DNA of 64,000 bases. It comes from Macrostomum lignano (lineage: Eukaryota). The notes beneath the pieces are model-generated. The model had not been told where the DNA came from, made no database searches, and saw only the letters and a program-made list of their open reading frames with translations. The DNA lies in NCBI GenBank assembly GCA_002269645.1, contig NIVC01000010.1, positions 2,046,001 through 2,110,000 on the forward strand, in the 5' to 3' direction. Of this stretch, positions 37,071 through 48,849 are shown piece after piece. Each line of letters opens with the position of its first letter. Within the stretch, counting starts at the first letter, position 1. The position numbers were made by a program, and so were the translations under genes.

Positions 37071-38089
37071 AGAAATATACACAACAGCACACAAACAGAT
37101 CGATAAACCGACCGACCATCTGTCTGTATTTCTAAGCGTCTGCAGACGCAGCAAAAAGCTTTCTACATACAAGAACCCTAGGACAGCAATAAAGATAAGG
37201 TAACCAGCACGCAGGCCAAGTCCAATCCAGCATTAGGGTAAATGCGCGATTTCTTTATATTTGACTGCTTTAGCCTCGATTAAACGACCATCTTTGCATG
37301 GCACATCAAAACGCATCCCTGCTTATTACTATTAGTATAGGTAAGTATTTTGCTATATTTTTATTAGGTATTGACCAAAAGTAGTAATACTAGTAGAAAA
37401 TTATGTAAAGTCGAAATCGCGTGTTAATAGCAATAAAAATAAATTAATTATCTGTCGTATTTTAACTTTCAATAAAACTCACGGTCGGCCTAGCACTTTA
37501 CTATTTAGGGTTGAAAATTGGTATATTAATTAAAATCAAAACGAATTTTTTTTAGAAGTTTCACTATATTATTTAAGCTTAAAGACTAAAAATAGATGCA
37601 TTTAAGCTTTACAGCTATATTGGTACTTGACTACTACCAGTAGGCATGTGAACATGTAGCCGTAGCGTTAGAAAATGCCTAAAAGAATGACTACCTTTGT
37701 GTTTTTTTTAATGTTAAACAAACATTATTCTTCTTATAGTGACACAAAACCGAAACCAAAACTCAAGGACAAACGTAGTTTTTTATCTTCAATAAAAAGC
37801 GTATTAAAAACTGTAGGTGAGCGAGAGAACAAAGAAAAAGCAGAGTGTGAAGCTACAATCGGAATGGCACTGACTTAACAAAAACTTGTTGCTATAAATT
37901 ACGCAAAAATTGCTTGTGTTTTTGCAAAGAAATGCTTCAATTTAAAAGCCTTTTTTTATGAAAGATTTTGTTATTCACGACAAGAGCTCTAAAAAAATGA
38001 GTACAAATATCACAATACTCAATTTAGCGTAACGGCATTTTAGCTCAAATAGATGGATACTAATACCCACTGTAACTCCAGTGAGTAGC

Positions 38090-39950
38090 ATGCTTTCCCT
38101 GTTTTGTATCACCTGTTAATCAGTAACATTCAAACACCTGTTTTGTATCACCTGTTAATCAGTGACATTCAAACACCCTGTTTTGTATCACCTGTTAATC
38201 AGTGACATTCAAACACCCTGTTTTGTATCACCTGTTAATCAGTGACATACAAACACCCTGTTTTGTATCACCTGTTAATCAGTGACATTCAAACACCCTG
38301 TTTTGTATCACCTGTTAATCAGTGACATACAAACACCCTGTTTTGTATCACCTGTTAATCAGTGACATTCAAACACCCTGTTTTGTATCACCTGTTAAAC
38401 AGTGACATTCAAACACCCTGTTTTGTATCACATGTTAATTAGTGACATACAAACACCCTGTTTTGTATCACATGTTAATCAGTGACATACAAACACCCTG
38501 TTTTGTATCACCTGTTAATCAGTGACATATACAAACAACCTGTTTTGTATCACCTGTTAATCAGTGACATATACAAACACCCTGTTTTGTATCACCTGTT
38601 AATCAGTGACATATACAAACACCCTGTTTTGTATCACCTGTTAATCAGTGACACATTCAAACACCCTGTTTTGTATCACCTGCTAATCAGTGACATATAC
38701 AAACACCCTGTTTTGTATCACCTGTTAATCAGTGACACATTCAAACACCCTGTTTTGTATCACCTGTTAATCAGTGACATACACAAACACCCTGTTTTGT
38801 ATCACCTGTTAATCAGTGACACATACAAACACCCTGTTTTGTATCACCTGTTAATCAGTGACACATACAAACACCCTGTTTTGTATCACCTGTTAATCAG
38901 TGACACATACAAACACCCTGTTTTGTATCACCTGTTAATCAGTGACATACACAAACACCCTGTTTTGTATCACCTGTTAATCAGTGACACATTCAAACAC
39001 CCTGTTTTGTATCACCTGTTAATCAGTGACATACACAAACACCCTGTTTTGTATCACCTGTTAATCAGTGACATACACAAACACCCTGTTTTGTATCACC
39101 TGTTAATCAGTGACATACAAACACCCTGTTTTGTATCACCTGTTAATCAGAGACATACAAAACCCTGTTTCGTATCACCTGTTAATCAGTGACACATTCA
39201 AACACCCTGTTTCGTATCACCCGTTAATCAGGTGGAATATTCAAACACCTGTTTCGTATCACCCGTTAATCAGGTGGAATATTCAAACAACTGTTTCGTA
39301 TCACCCGTTAATCAGGTGGAATATTCAAACACCTGTTTCGTATCACCTGTTAATCAGGTGGAATATCAAACACCTGTTTCGTATCACCTGTTAATCAGGT
39401 GGAATATCAAACACCTGTTTCGTATCACCTGTTAATCAGGTGGAATATTCAAACACCTGTTTCGTATCACCTGTTAATCAGGTGGAATATTCAAACACCT
39501 GTTTCGTATCACCTGTTAATCAGGTGGAATATTCAAACACCTGTTTCGTATCACCCGTTAATCAGGTGGAATATTCAAACACCTGTTTCGTATCACCCGT
39601 TAATCAGGTGGAATATTCAAACAACTGTTTCGTATCACCCGTTAATCAGGTGGAATATTCAAACACCTGTTTCGTATCACCTGTTAATCAGGTGGAATAT
39701 TCAAACACCTGTTTCGTATCACCTGTTAATCAGGTGGAATATTCAAACACCTGTTTCGTATCACCTGTTAATCAGGTGGAATATTCAAACACCTGTTTCG
39801 TATCACCCGTTAATCAGGTGGAATATTCAAACACCTGTTTTGTATCACCCGTTAATCAGGTGGAATATTCAAACACCTGTTTCGTATCACCTGTTAATCA
39901 GGTGGAATATTCAAACACCTGTTTCGTATCACCTGTTAATCAGGTGGAAT
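38090..39950. repeat. 40-42-bp minisatellite, AAACACCCTGTTTTGTATCACCTGTTAATCAGTGACATTC switching near 39220 to AAACACCTGTTTCGTATCACCTGTTAATCAGGTGGAATATTC
   Basis: Directly visible, ~45 copies in total. Confidence 0.97.
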
Positions 39951-40194
39951 ACAAATACGCATTCCAGCACCAACACTTGTTTTGCATTGTTTTGGTGATT
40001 GTAAACATGTAACAGGAGCAAATATACGATAAATCCGCTACATACTACTTTAACCATTGAGTGTCAATAAAATGCTGTATTAGCACTGGAAGCCTAATGT
40101 TAGGAATTTAGTTCGAGTTCGATTTGATTGATAATATGCACAGCTTAGGATAAAAATTAACTGTCACATCGATGCAATAGCTGACTAGCTAATT

Positions 40195-43100
40195 TCATTT
40201 TAGACTCGGCACCAGATGAACAACCGAGCCCAAATTAAAAAGGCCACCCGGAGCGAAACCGCGCAAACCGGCAGCTTGAAAAGCGTCCCTAGTAACGCCT
40301 AGATCGCACAGATAGTTGGCGCCTAATTTACTACTAGTACTACTAGCAGCAGTAGTAGTTGATGGTGCGATAGGCAGGCAGCAGTGAATATTGTAGCGGG
40401 GCGAGAGGCAGGCCGGATTTCCGGCTGGCGGTGCCAAACATGCGAGCGGCGCGCGACAGGCCCGAAACCACTGCGCTAACGGGTGAGCAGGGGAGTCCAC
40501 CTGGGGATTTAGTGAGGTGGCGTTTTTATGAGCAGATATACGACTAAACTATGAGCAAATACACGCAATCTATGAGCAGATGCACACAAACTGTGAGCAG
40601 ATACACTCAAACTATGAGCAGATACACACAAACTGTGAGCAGATACACTCAAACTATGAGCAGATAAACACAAACTATGAGCAGATACACTCAAACTGTG
40701 AGCAGATACACTCAAACTATGAGCAGATAAACACAAACTATGAGCAGATACACTCAAACTGTGAGCAGATACACAGCAAATACACTCAAACTATGAGCAT
40801 ATGCACTCAAACAGGCAGATACACTCAATCTATGAGCAGATACACACAAACTATGAGCAGATACACACAAACTATGAGCAGATACACTCAAACTATGAGC
40901 AGATACACACAAACTATGAGCAGATACACTCAAACTATGAGCAGATACACTCAAACTATAAGCAGATACACACAAACTATGAGCAGATACACACAAACTG
41001 TGAGCAGATACACACAAACTATGAGCAGATACACACAAACTGTGAGCAGATACACACAAACTGTGAGCAGATACACACAAACTGTGAGCAGATACACACA
41101 AACTATGAGCTGATACACGCAAACTATGAGCAGATACACGCAAACTATGAGCAGATACACTCATGCTATGAGCAGATACACTCATGCTATGAGCAGATAC
41201 ACACAAACTGTGAGCAGATACACACAAACTGTGAGCAGATACACAAACTGTGAGCAGATACACACAAACTGTGAGCAGATACACTCAAACTATGAGCTGA
41301 TACACGCAAACTATGAGCAGATACACACAAACTATGAGCAGATACACTCAAACTATAAGCAGATACACACAAACTGTGAGCAGATACACACAAACTATGA
41401 GCAGATACACACAAACTGTGAGCAGATACACTCAAACTATGAGCAGATACACTCAAACTATAAGCAGATACACACAAACTGTGAGCAGATACACACAAAC
41501 TATGAGCAGATACACACAAACTGTGAGCAGATACACACAAACTGTGAGCAGATACACACAAACTGTGAGCAGATACACTCAAACTATGAGCAGATACACA
41601 CAAACTGTGAGCAGATACACTCAAACTATGAGCAGATACACTCAAACTATGAGCAGATACACTCAAACTATGAGCAGATACACTCATGCTATGAGCAGAT
41701 ACACACAAACTGTGAGCAGATACACTCAAACTGTGAGCAGATACACAAACTGTGAGCAGATACACACAAACTGTGAGCAGATACACACAAACTATGAGCT
41801 GATACACGCAAACTATGAGCAGATACACACAAACTATGAGCAGATACACTCATGCTATGAGCAGATACACTCAAACTATAAGCAGATACACACAAACCGT
41901 GAGCAGATACACACAAACTATGAGCAGATACACACAAACTGTGAGCAGATACACACAAACTGTGAGCAGATACACTCAAACTATGAGCAGATACACACAA
42001 ACCGTGAGCAGATACACACAAACTATGAGCAGATACACACAAACTGTGAGCAGATACACTCAAACTATGAGCAGATACACTCAAACTTTGAGCAGATACA
42101 CACAAACTGTGAGCAGATACCTGATCGCTAGCCAACAAGACACAGTCCAGAATCCATGGCAGATCACGGCTATGCTCAACTAGCGGACAACCGGTGCTCC
42201 GATACAGGCGAATCTCCTGACCCAACTGGTCTCTATCAACCGGGTCAGTGGCAGTTATATAAGCGCAAACTGAAGCGCCCCGGCTAGCCAAATGCCTGGC
42301 CGCTGCTAGGCCGAACTGGCCTCTACGACCGCCGCCAATAATGACTGCGAATTGCAAGTTCTGACGGTGCTGCTGCTGGCTTTGCAAGCTCAGCTGGTTT
42401 AGCTGGCGTGTTTGCTGGTACAGCGGATACGGCGAAGCAATTTGATTGATCTGAAATTTTGAAGCAAAATCATAGTATTAGAACTGATTTGCCTGCTAAG
42501 TTCTGCTAAGTGAAAGTAGGACTGGGTGAGATAGAGCTGATAGATCCGTAAAATTCTAAAATTGTGTTAAAAAACAGCTATAGGGTGGGAGTCACACTTA
42601 GCGTCAGGGTTAGAGTGATTTGGTAACAGTCATATACAGAGTGAGAGTCATAGAGACGTTGAGTCATAGAGGCAGGTTGAATCATAGAGACAGTGATGGT
42701 TATAGAGGCAGTGATGGTTATAGAGGCAGTGATGGTTATAGAGGCAGTGATGGTTATAGAGGCAGTGATGGTTATAGAGGCAGTGATGGTTATAGAGGCA
42801 GTGATGGTTATAGAGACAGTGATGGTTATAGAGGCAGTGATGGTTATAGAGGCAGTGATGGTTATAGAGGCAGTGATGGTTATAGAGGCAGTGATGGTTA
42901 TAGAGGCAGTGATGGTTATAGAGGCAGTGATGGTTATAGAGGCAGTGATGGTTATAGAGGCAGTGATGGTTATAGAGGCAGTGATGGTTATAGAGGCAGT
43001 GATGGTTATAGAGGCAGTGATGGTTATAGAGGCAGTGATGGTTATAGAGACAGTGATGGTTATAGAGGCAGTGATGGTTATAGAGGCAGTGATGGTTATA

Positions 43101-44818
43101 GAGACAGTGATGGTTATAGAGGCAGTGATGGTTATAGAGACAGTGATGGTTATAGAGGCAGGCTGAGTTATAGACAGAGGGAAAATGATGGTCATAGAGA
43201 CAGGTTGAGAGTCATAGACACGGTGAGAGTCATAGACACGGTGAGAGTCATGGACACATGGTGAGAGTCATGGACACAGGGTGAGAGTCATAGACACATG
43301 GTGAGAGTCATGGACACATGGTGAGAGTCATAGACACAGGGTGAGAGTCATAGACACAGGGTGAGAGTCATAAACACAGGGTGAGAGTCATAGACACAGG
43401 GTGAGAGTCATAGACACAGCATACATGCGCAACCCCCCAGATTTACACTGGCCATGCGACTTACTTTTTGACCAAAAATGCGACTTACCTGTGAAAAAAC
43501 CAACGCAATTTTGGGTAAACGGCAGGAGTAACTTTAACTGTCTTATAAGGGCTAAATGCCTCGTCATCTAATTAGTACTACGTCAATTCTTTAGGCTGGG
43601 AATTTTTGCGGCTTACCCCTGGTCCACCACAATTTACGGTGGCCAGAACGGCCAGGTCGGCCAGCAGTTGCGCATGTATGGACACAGGGTGAGTCATAGA
43701 CACAGGGTGAGAGTCATAGACACAGGGTGAGAGTCATAGACACAGGGTGGGAGTCATAGACACAGGGTGAGAGTCATAGACACATGGTGAGAGTCATAGA
43801 CACAGGGTGAGAGTCATAGACACGGTGAGAGTCATAGACACGGTGAGAGTCATGGACACATGGTGAGAGTCATGGACACAGGGTGAGAGTCATAGACACA
43901 TGGTGAGAGTCATGGACACATGGTGAGAGTCATAGACACAGGGTGAGAGTCATGGACACATGGTGAGAGTCATAGACACAGGGTGAGTCATAGACACAGG
44001 GTGAGAGCCATAAACACAATGGGAGAGTCATAGACACAGGGTGAGAGTCATAGACACAGAGTGAGAGTCATAGACACAATGGGAGAGTCATAGACACAGC
44101 TACCGAGAACAGCACCCCAACAGTACGAAGCCCCACTAACCAGAAAGTCGGCCACGCTTCGCCCGCAGCACTCGGCCATTCTGGCCATAGACAATCCGAG
44201 TTTCTCGGCCGCTAATAGCACGGTCTCGAGAAAGTGATCGGACACGGCCGGCACGCGAAGATCAGAGTCGCCATTAGCAAGAAACCAAACAGTTGATTCC
44301 GACTGATCCACAGCGATGCCATTAGGCGTAGTAGGTGAACTACTACTAGTAGTGTTATTAGTAGCACCAATGCTATTGTTAACGCAGCTGATATAATTAG
44401 TAACTAGCTCAGATCTCGCCCTGACGTGCTGATGCGTGGCAGGATTACCACCCGAGTTGACCTGACGCCGACCGGTTGGGGAGACTGGCAGGTTTCTATC
44501 TTTGTTACTACGACCATTGCTAGTAGTAAAGTCGCCGCTACCGTTTACGCCTTTCGGTTTACTGGCTTCACTACTAAAAGTAGAGTGATCAGGATATTTA
44601 CATTTATTTTTACGAAGTCGATTAGTAGAGACCCCTTGACTGTTTGAAACTATATTGAAAATTGATTTCCTCACCCTTTGTGCCTGCCATTCTGGCCGTT
44701 GCCACCGCTGCCTCCACCCCCTTTGCCGGGGCAAATTGGCGAATTCTGACAAATATAAACAGGCGTAGCATTGGGAATGCTCATCAGTCGCTCTCTGGCC
44801 GCTTCTCTGCGAGCCTGC

Positions 44819-44887
<69 letters not shown>

Positions 44888-45204
44888 TGTTGAGTCTTCT
44901 CTTGTAAACTAGCTTCAATCACTCGATGATCAATCTTGTTCTCTTTATCTTTAACTTGCTGCAAAGTAGTACTAGCAGTAGAAACAGTAGAGTCACTGGC
45001 TTGTTCACCAGGAGAACGCAGCATTGTAATGCTAACAATGGAAGATCGATGCAGCGTGACTAAACCCGTGTCGCTAGGCAGTCCATTTCTTAGAGCATTT
45101 TTCAATGTCAATTTCTCGTCACTAACATCAACAATTGTGCCAACAAAGGTGCCAACACTTGGGCCGCAGTCTAATTGCAATTTGGCGCCAACAAAACTGC
45201 TCAT
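40195..45204 (-). CDS. EDC3: Enhancer of mRNA decapping 3, ~554 aa; exons 45204-44675, 44639-44141, 42450-42121, 40500-40195
   Basis: N-terminal LSm-like domain (FVGAKLQLDCGPSVGTFVGTIVDV), Q26 tract, and C-terminal YjeF_N-like domain (LRVPAVS...LGLSMARMAECCGRSVA; GGGRRGQFGLAAARHLASRG; NYLCDLGV). All three introns are GT-AG with matching phases (2, 0, 0). Joined CDS is 1665 nt. Confidence 0.88.
40530..42120. repeat. 21-bp minisatellite GAGCAGATACACACAAACTRT, ~75 copies, forming almost all of EDC3 intron 3
   Basis: Directly visible. Begins at the donor nucleotide on the minus strand. Confidence 0.97.
42640..43170. repeat. 18-bp minisatellite TATAGAGGCAGTGATGGT in EDC3 intron 2
   Basis: Directly visible. 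Confidence 0.96.
43200..44100. repeat. 18-20-bp minisatellite GTGAGAGTCATAGACACAGG in EDC3 intron 2, interrupted by a MITE
   Basis: Directly visible. Confidence 0.95.
43420..43680 (+). mobile_element. MITE with TIR CATACATGCGCAAC inserted in the minisatellite
   Basis: 14-bp perfect TIR, flanking duplication GACACAG (7-8 bp). The internal sequence recurs at 49916-50207 (inverted) and ~49615-49705. Confidence 0.85.
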
Positions 45205-45549
45205 GATTAATATAGCAAATCAAGCTATCGATCAATAATCAACCAAATTATTGAGTTCCTTGGAACAACAAATAAAAACACCTTCGTTGAGATTTAAAAA
45301 ATGCTGAATTTTGTGTTTCTGTTCTACTCAAAGCCTGAATGAATCGAAATCGATGTAGTTTTTGCTCTGGAAGAATGATGGTGCGGTAGACAGATATTAA
45401 TTTTCTAGTAATTATGTGCTACGAAAGCTTTGTGCTTTAGACTAAAAATAAAATGAAATATACAAGTACATGAGCCATAAGTTCAAGTGTCCGGTAGTTA
45501 TTATGTATTTCTTAAATACATCTTAAAGAGGTCATTGTCCATGATACTC

Positions 45550-45950
45550 GCATTACGGCGCTGGTGGGAGCGTCATGTAAAAAACTAAGCGTCATGTAGA
45601 CACAAAAAGAAGCGTCATTTAAACATAAAAGAAGCGTCATGTCAAAGTCATGTAAAACGTAAAAGAATCTGTCAGACATAAAAAGAAGCGTCATGTCGAA
45701 CATAGAAGATTCATTTGTCATTGATACGACAAATATAGCTACGATGTCAAGGATTGGAGTGAATCGCTATAATGCTGTGAATAATTACTGAAATGTCAAG
45801 GATTACCGTTAAAGAATAGCTGGAATGTCAAGGCTTTAGGGTTAGGGTTAGGGGGCATTGCTGAGATTTCTAGGCTGACGGGTGATTTTTTTAAGACTTC
45901 AAGGCTTATGGGGGCATTGCTGAGATGTCAAGGCTCATGGGTTGTTGAGG
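45550..45950. repeat. Degenerate 23-bp AAAGAAGCGTCATGTCAAACATA repeats followed by (TT)GCTGAGATGTCAAGG repeats and (TTAGGG)3
   Basis: Same two motifs in the same order as at 60940-61640. Confidence 0.75.
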
Positions 45951-46167
45951 TTATTGCAATAAGAAGCTACATGTAGTTGGCTTTCTAACAGGGGGCGCTA
46001 ATTGCTAGCATTTATTCTATATTATTTGGGCAGGTGCTTCGGGAGTATCTAAAACAAAACAAATAACAATGCAACATGTAAGTAGACATGTCCGAAATTG
46101 GCATCAAAAGGTATTGGAGACCTAAAGCAACACAAGCAAGCGATTTAATAAAAATATAAAAACTAGT

Positions 46168-48189
46168 TCAGCACTCTAAACTCCAGAGTTCATTAAAGTC
46201 TTCCTCAGCCTCGCCTGCAGACATTAATTTAGCGCATTCAAGCCAGCGGTTTTTATCGGGCGCAGAATTTGCTCGCCAATTATCCAGTCGCTTACGCAAT
46301 CGTTTTAACATTTTGTTATTAGCTGGCGATAGAAGAGGCAACCGCTCAACTTGGCGGGACTTGTCAATAGTTGTATTATTTAAACAATCAACAATATAAG
46401 TTAGACGATAGGATGTTAACTGAAGCAGACGGTTGCAGAATGGAATTGCATGATTAGTTGCCATGGCAACAAAACTAGCCAGATTGGCGCGCTGACGTGA
46501 ACGCAACTGACGATCTGAACGCAAGTCTGCTAATCTTATCAGACCGAATCGATTCATAGATTCAAGAGATTCTTTAGCTGCAACTACAAGTCCATTCAAA
46601 TATGATAACCAGTTAACAAAACATGGCTGATTAGTTAACTCCCAGGTGGATGACAGTTTGCATTGGACAACAATAGTATTAGCACTGCATTTGGGTAGTT
46701 CGTGTGCATCTTCAGGAAAATGTTCAATAGACAGTTTGTTTATCTCATTAACAGTCTGTGCCAACTCAGTTAGAGTCCTCCATGTTATATCGATTAATTC
46801 AGCCAGGTATACCGCTGGATGACACACAGACGAGTGCCTATCAGAAGTGAAAAAATCAATAAATCTTTCTATGAGCCGCCGATCTTCTAGGCGAACGAAA
46901 GCATCAATGGGTACGGCTGAAGTAGAGAACATCAGTATGCTATGCAGACAAATGGTTAGGGCGATCGCCCACGATGGCCCGATAGATTCGCGACTAAATT
47001 CGCCATGGCTCAAGTGATCCCGAAATCTTGGACCGCGCTCCAACTGTATCACATCAAGCAGCCAAACAAGAAGACCTTCCGGTAGGACAGAGACTAGACA
47101 ACTTCGCGAGCAAAGCATCACATCTAGAGTAGTGAAGTGAGCGCTGTTTAAAGCGCAAAGCTCTCGGTCAGGCAAATTATTGGCATTGCAGTACAGAACA
47201 CGAAGTACAGCTTCTATTGACACCAAAGTGAAACAACATGCATCATAGTATCGCTCCTCAGTGTAAAGCTTTTCAAGAAAATTCACGATTGGCACTAATT
47301 GACAACTAGCCAAGTTAGAATGCTGAGTGTTAGATACCAAATTTCTCAAACTATTTTTTAGAAGTAGCAATATATCCAACCATGCAGCTCTGTCAAGACA
47401 AGAAATATGTAGTCCATTCAGCAAACAATTTAATGGCTTAGTATTTGGCTCAATAAAACCAAAATACTCTGATTGACAGAGTGCATCAAAGAGAAGCCGG
47501 TTGCTATGGCACAAGTGCCGACCAATAAGTGTCAAAGTTGCGCAGAGGGCACATAAGCTGGACATTACATACTTCGGCACAGAGAGCAGGAATCCATGCC
47601 AAGCCAGATTGCGCAGGTTCAATGAGACTGGCGGACCAGCTAGAAGACTTAGTAACCGAACTAAATCAGAGCCAATAGCTTCATTTAATGCAGGATGCGC
47701 TAAGATGTCCTTGAGCATTGATGGACAAGTTCGGGAACAGCTACTAGCTCGTAGCAGACGTCTAAGGCTGATTTCAACAAGTTGAGAGGCTGACAATAAG
47801 TAAAGAGCTAAACTAGCTTCATCACACCGATCTGGATTTGAGCTGATAGAGTAGTGCAAGTGTTTGATGACGTCAGCAAATAATTCGAGATTAGTGTGCA
47901 TCCATTCGCAGTGCAGCAAACATTCCTGCATTATAGTTAATAAATTGGACTTAACAAAGAAATTTAGAATCCATTCAAAGTGTGGTGCCACTCTTTGACA
48001 GCAAGACTTATAATATTGATAAGTGTTACCAGGTGACATTACTTTTGCTTGTTCACTTAGAATATTGCAAACGTTTGTTGACCAATGTGAAAAATCTGAG
48101 CAATCTGTATCCATTTTAAGTGTTGCTAGATTTTGATTCACATCTAAGCTCTCAAATAGTTGGACTATTTCAGCTGATAGGAAAGACAT
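46168..48189 (-). CDS. ERMARD: ER membrane-associated RNA degradation protein (C6orf70, DUF4209), single exon, 673 aa
   Basis: Uninterrupted 673-aa ORF. MLKDILAHPAL...GPPVSLNLRNLAWHGF and GPRFRDHLSHGE match ERMARD motifs (from memory). Confidence 0.85.
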   Translation of the reverse strand: MSFLSAEIVQLFESLDVNQNLATLKMDTDCSDFSHWSTNVCNILSEQAKVMSPGNTYQYYKSCCQRVAPHFEWILNFFVKSNLLTIMQECLLHCEWMHTNLELFADVIKHLHYSISSNPDRCDEASLALYLLSASQLVEISLRRLLRASSCSRTCPSMLKDILAHPALNEAIGSDLVRLLSLLAGPPVSLNLRNLAWHGFLLSVPKYVMSSLCALCATLTLIGRHLCHSNRLLFDALCQSEYFGFIEPNTKPLNCLLNGLHISCLDRAAWLDILLLLKNSLRNLVSNTQHSNLASCQLVPIVNFLEKLYTEERYYDACCFTLVSIEAVLRVLYCNANNLPDRELCALNSAHFTTLDVMLCSRSCLVSVLPEGLLVWLLDVIQLERGPRFRDHLSHGEFSRESIGPSWAIALTICLHSILMFSTSAVPIDAFVRLEDRRLIERFIDFFTSDRHSSVCHPAVYLAELIDITWRTLTELAQTVNEINKLSIEHFPEDAHELPKCSANTIVVQCKLSSTWELTNQPCFVNWLSYLNGLVVAAKESLESMNRFGLIRLADLRSDRQLRSRQRANLASFVAMATNHAIPFCNRLLQLTSYRLTYIVDCLNNTTIDKSRQVERLPLLSPANNKMLKRLRKRLDNWRANSAPDKNRWLECAKLMSAGEAEEDFNELWSLEC

Positions 48190-48849
48190 TTTACATTATA
48201 GTGGCCCAGAGCTGCACAAGATAACCTCCAGAATAAAATAGCAAACTTCTGAAGACAAAATGGAATAAATATAGTGTTGGTATGTTTTTAATAGGTGTTT
48301 AAATCTATATCAAATAAATTAGCACTTAAAATGATTAAATTGATATATGATTGCTTTAAATATTATTTCATTACAAGGACTGTTTGAAGTTCTTATAAAT
48401 TACTAATGTAATTCTAAGTTTAATAATAAATTAACTATATATTTTAAAAAAGGCCTAGCCCAATAACTATAAAAGCAATATAGGGCACAATGTAGAACAT
48501 TATCTTAAAAAATTATAACATTTTTATTAATTTTATAGTTAAGTCCATAATTTTGAACATATTCTATGTATACAAATATTCTATAGGAAAGGGGAGGGGA
48601 CATAGACCAAGTGGGAAAAAGTATAAAAGGGGCAGAAAATATAGACTAGAAAGCAGTATAAACTAGGAAGTAGAAAGTATAAACCATAAATCGGCATAAT
48701 TTTACTGTTTAAGTTTTTTTGGTAGCACTTTAAAAGAGTTTAGAATTCCTAAACAGAAAACATATGTCTAAATTTATATATCTATTGTTTAAATCAATAA
48801 AATTTTGTTCAAAAAGAATTCTAGGTTTTTTGTCCATAACTTGGGTGCA

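Noticed and set aside
12920-37172. Other repeat-derived ORFs (GIWNSGT, LHLSV, MNLTQS, LSQSALSIIRK, IPASRFIIDP, VCLS runs)
   Set aside because: Translations of intronic or intergenic mini- and microsatellites, with no splice or start context.
38482-43264. Long repetitive ORFs (HPVLYHLLISD..., EQIHTN..., GSDGYR..., ITASIT...)
   Set aside because: They arise because the unit lengths are multiples of 3 (42, 21, 18 bp). They are open in several frames and both strands and lie within EDC3 introns or spacers.
28364-48189. Conserved synteny implied by two human chromosome-6 ORF homologs (C6orf163-like and C6orf70/ERMARD)
   Set aside because: The shared naming does not show tight linkage in human, and the other genes here map elsewhere. 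Treated as coincidence without a synteny analysis.
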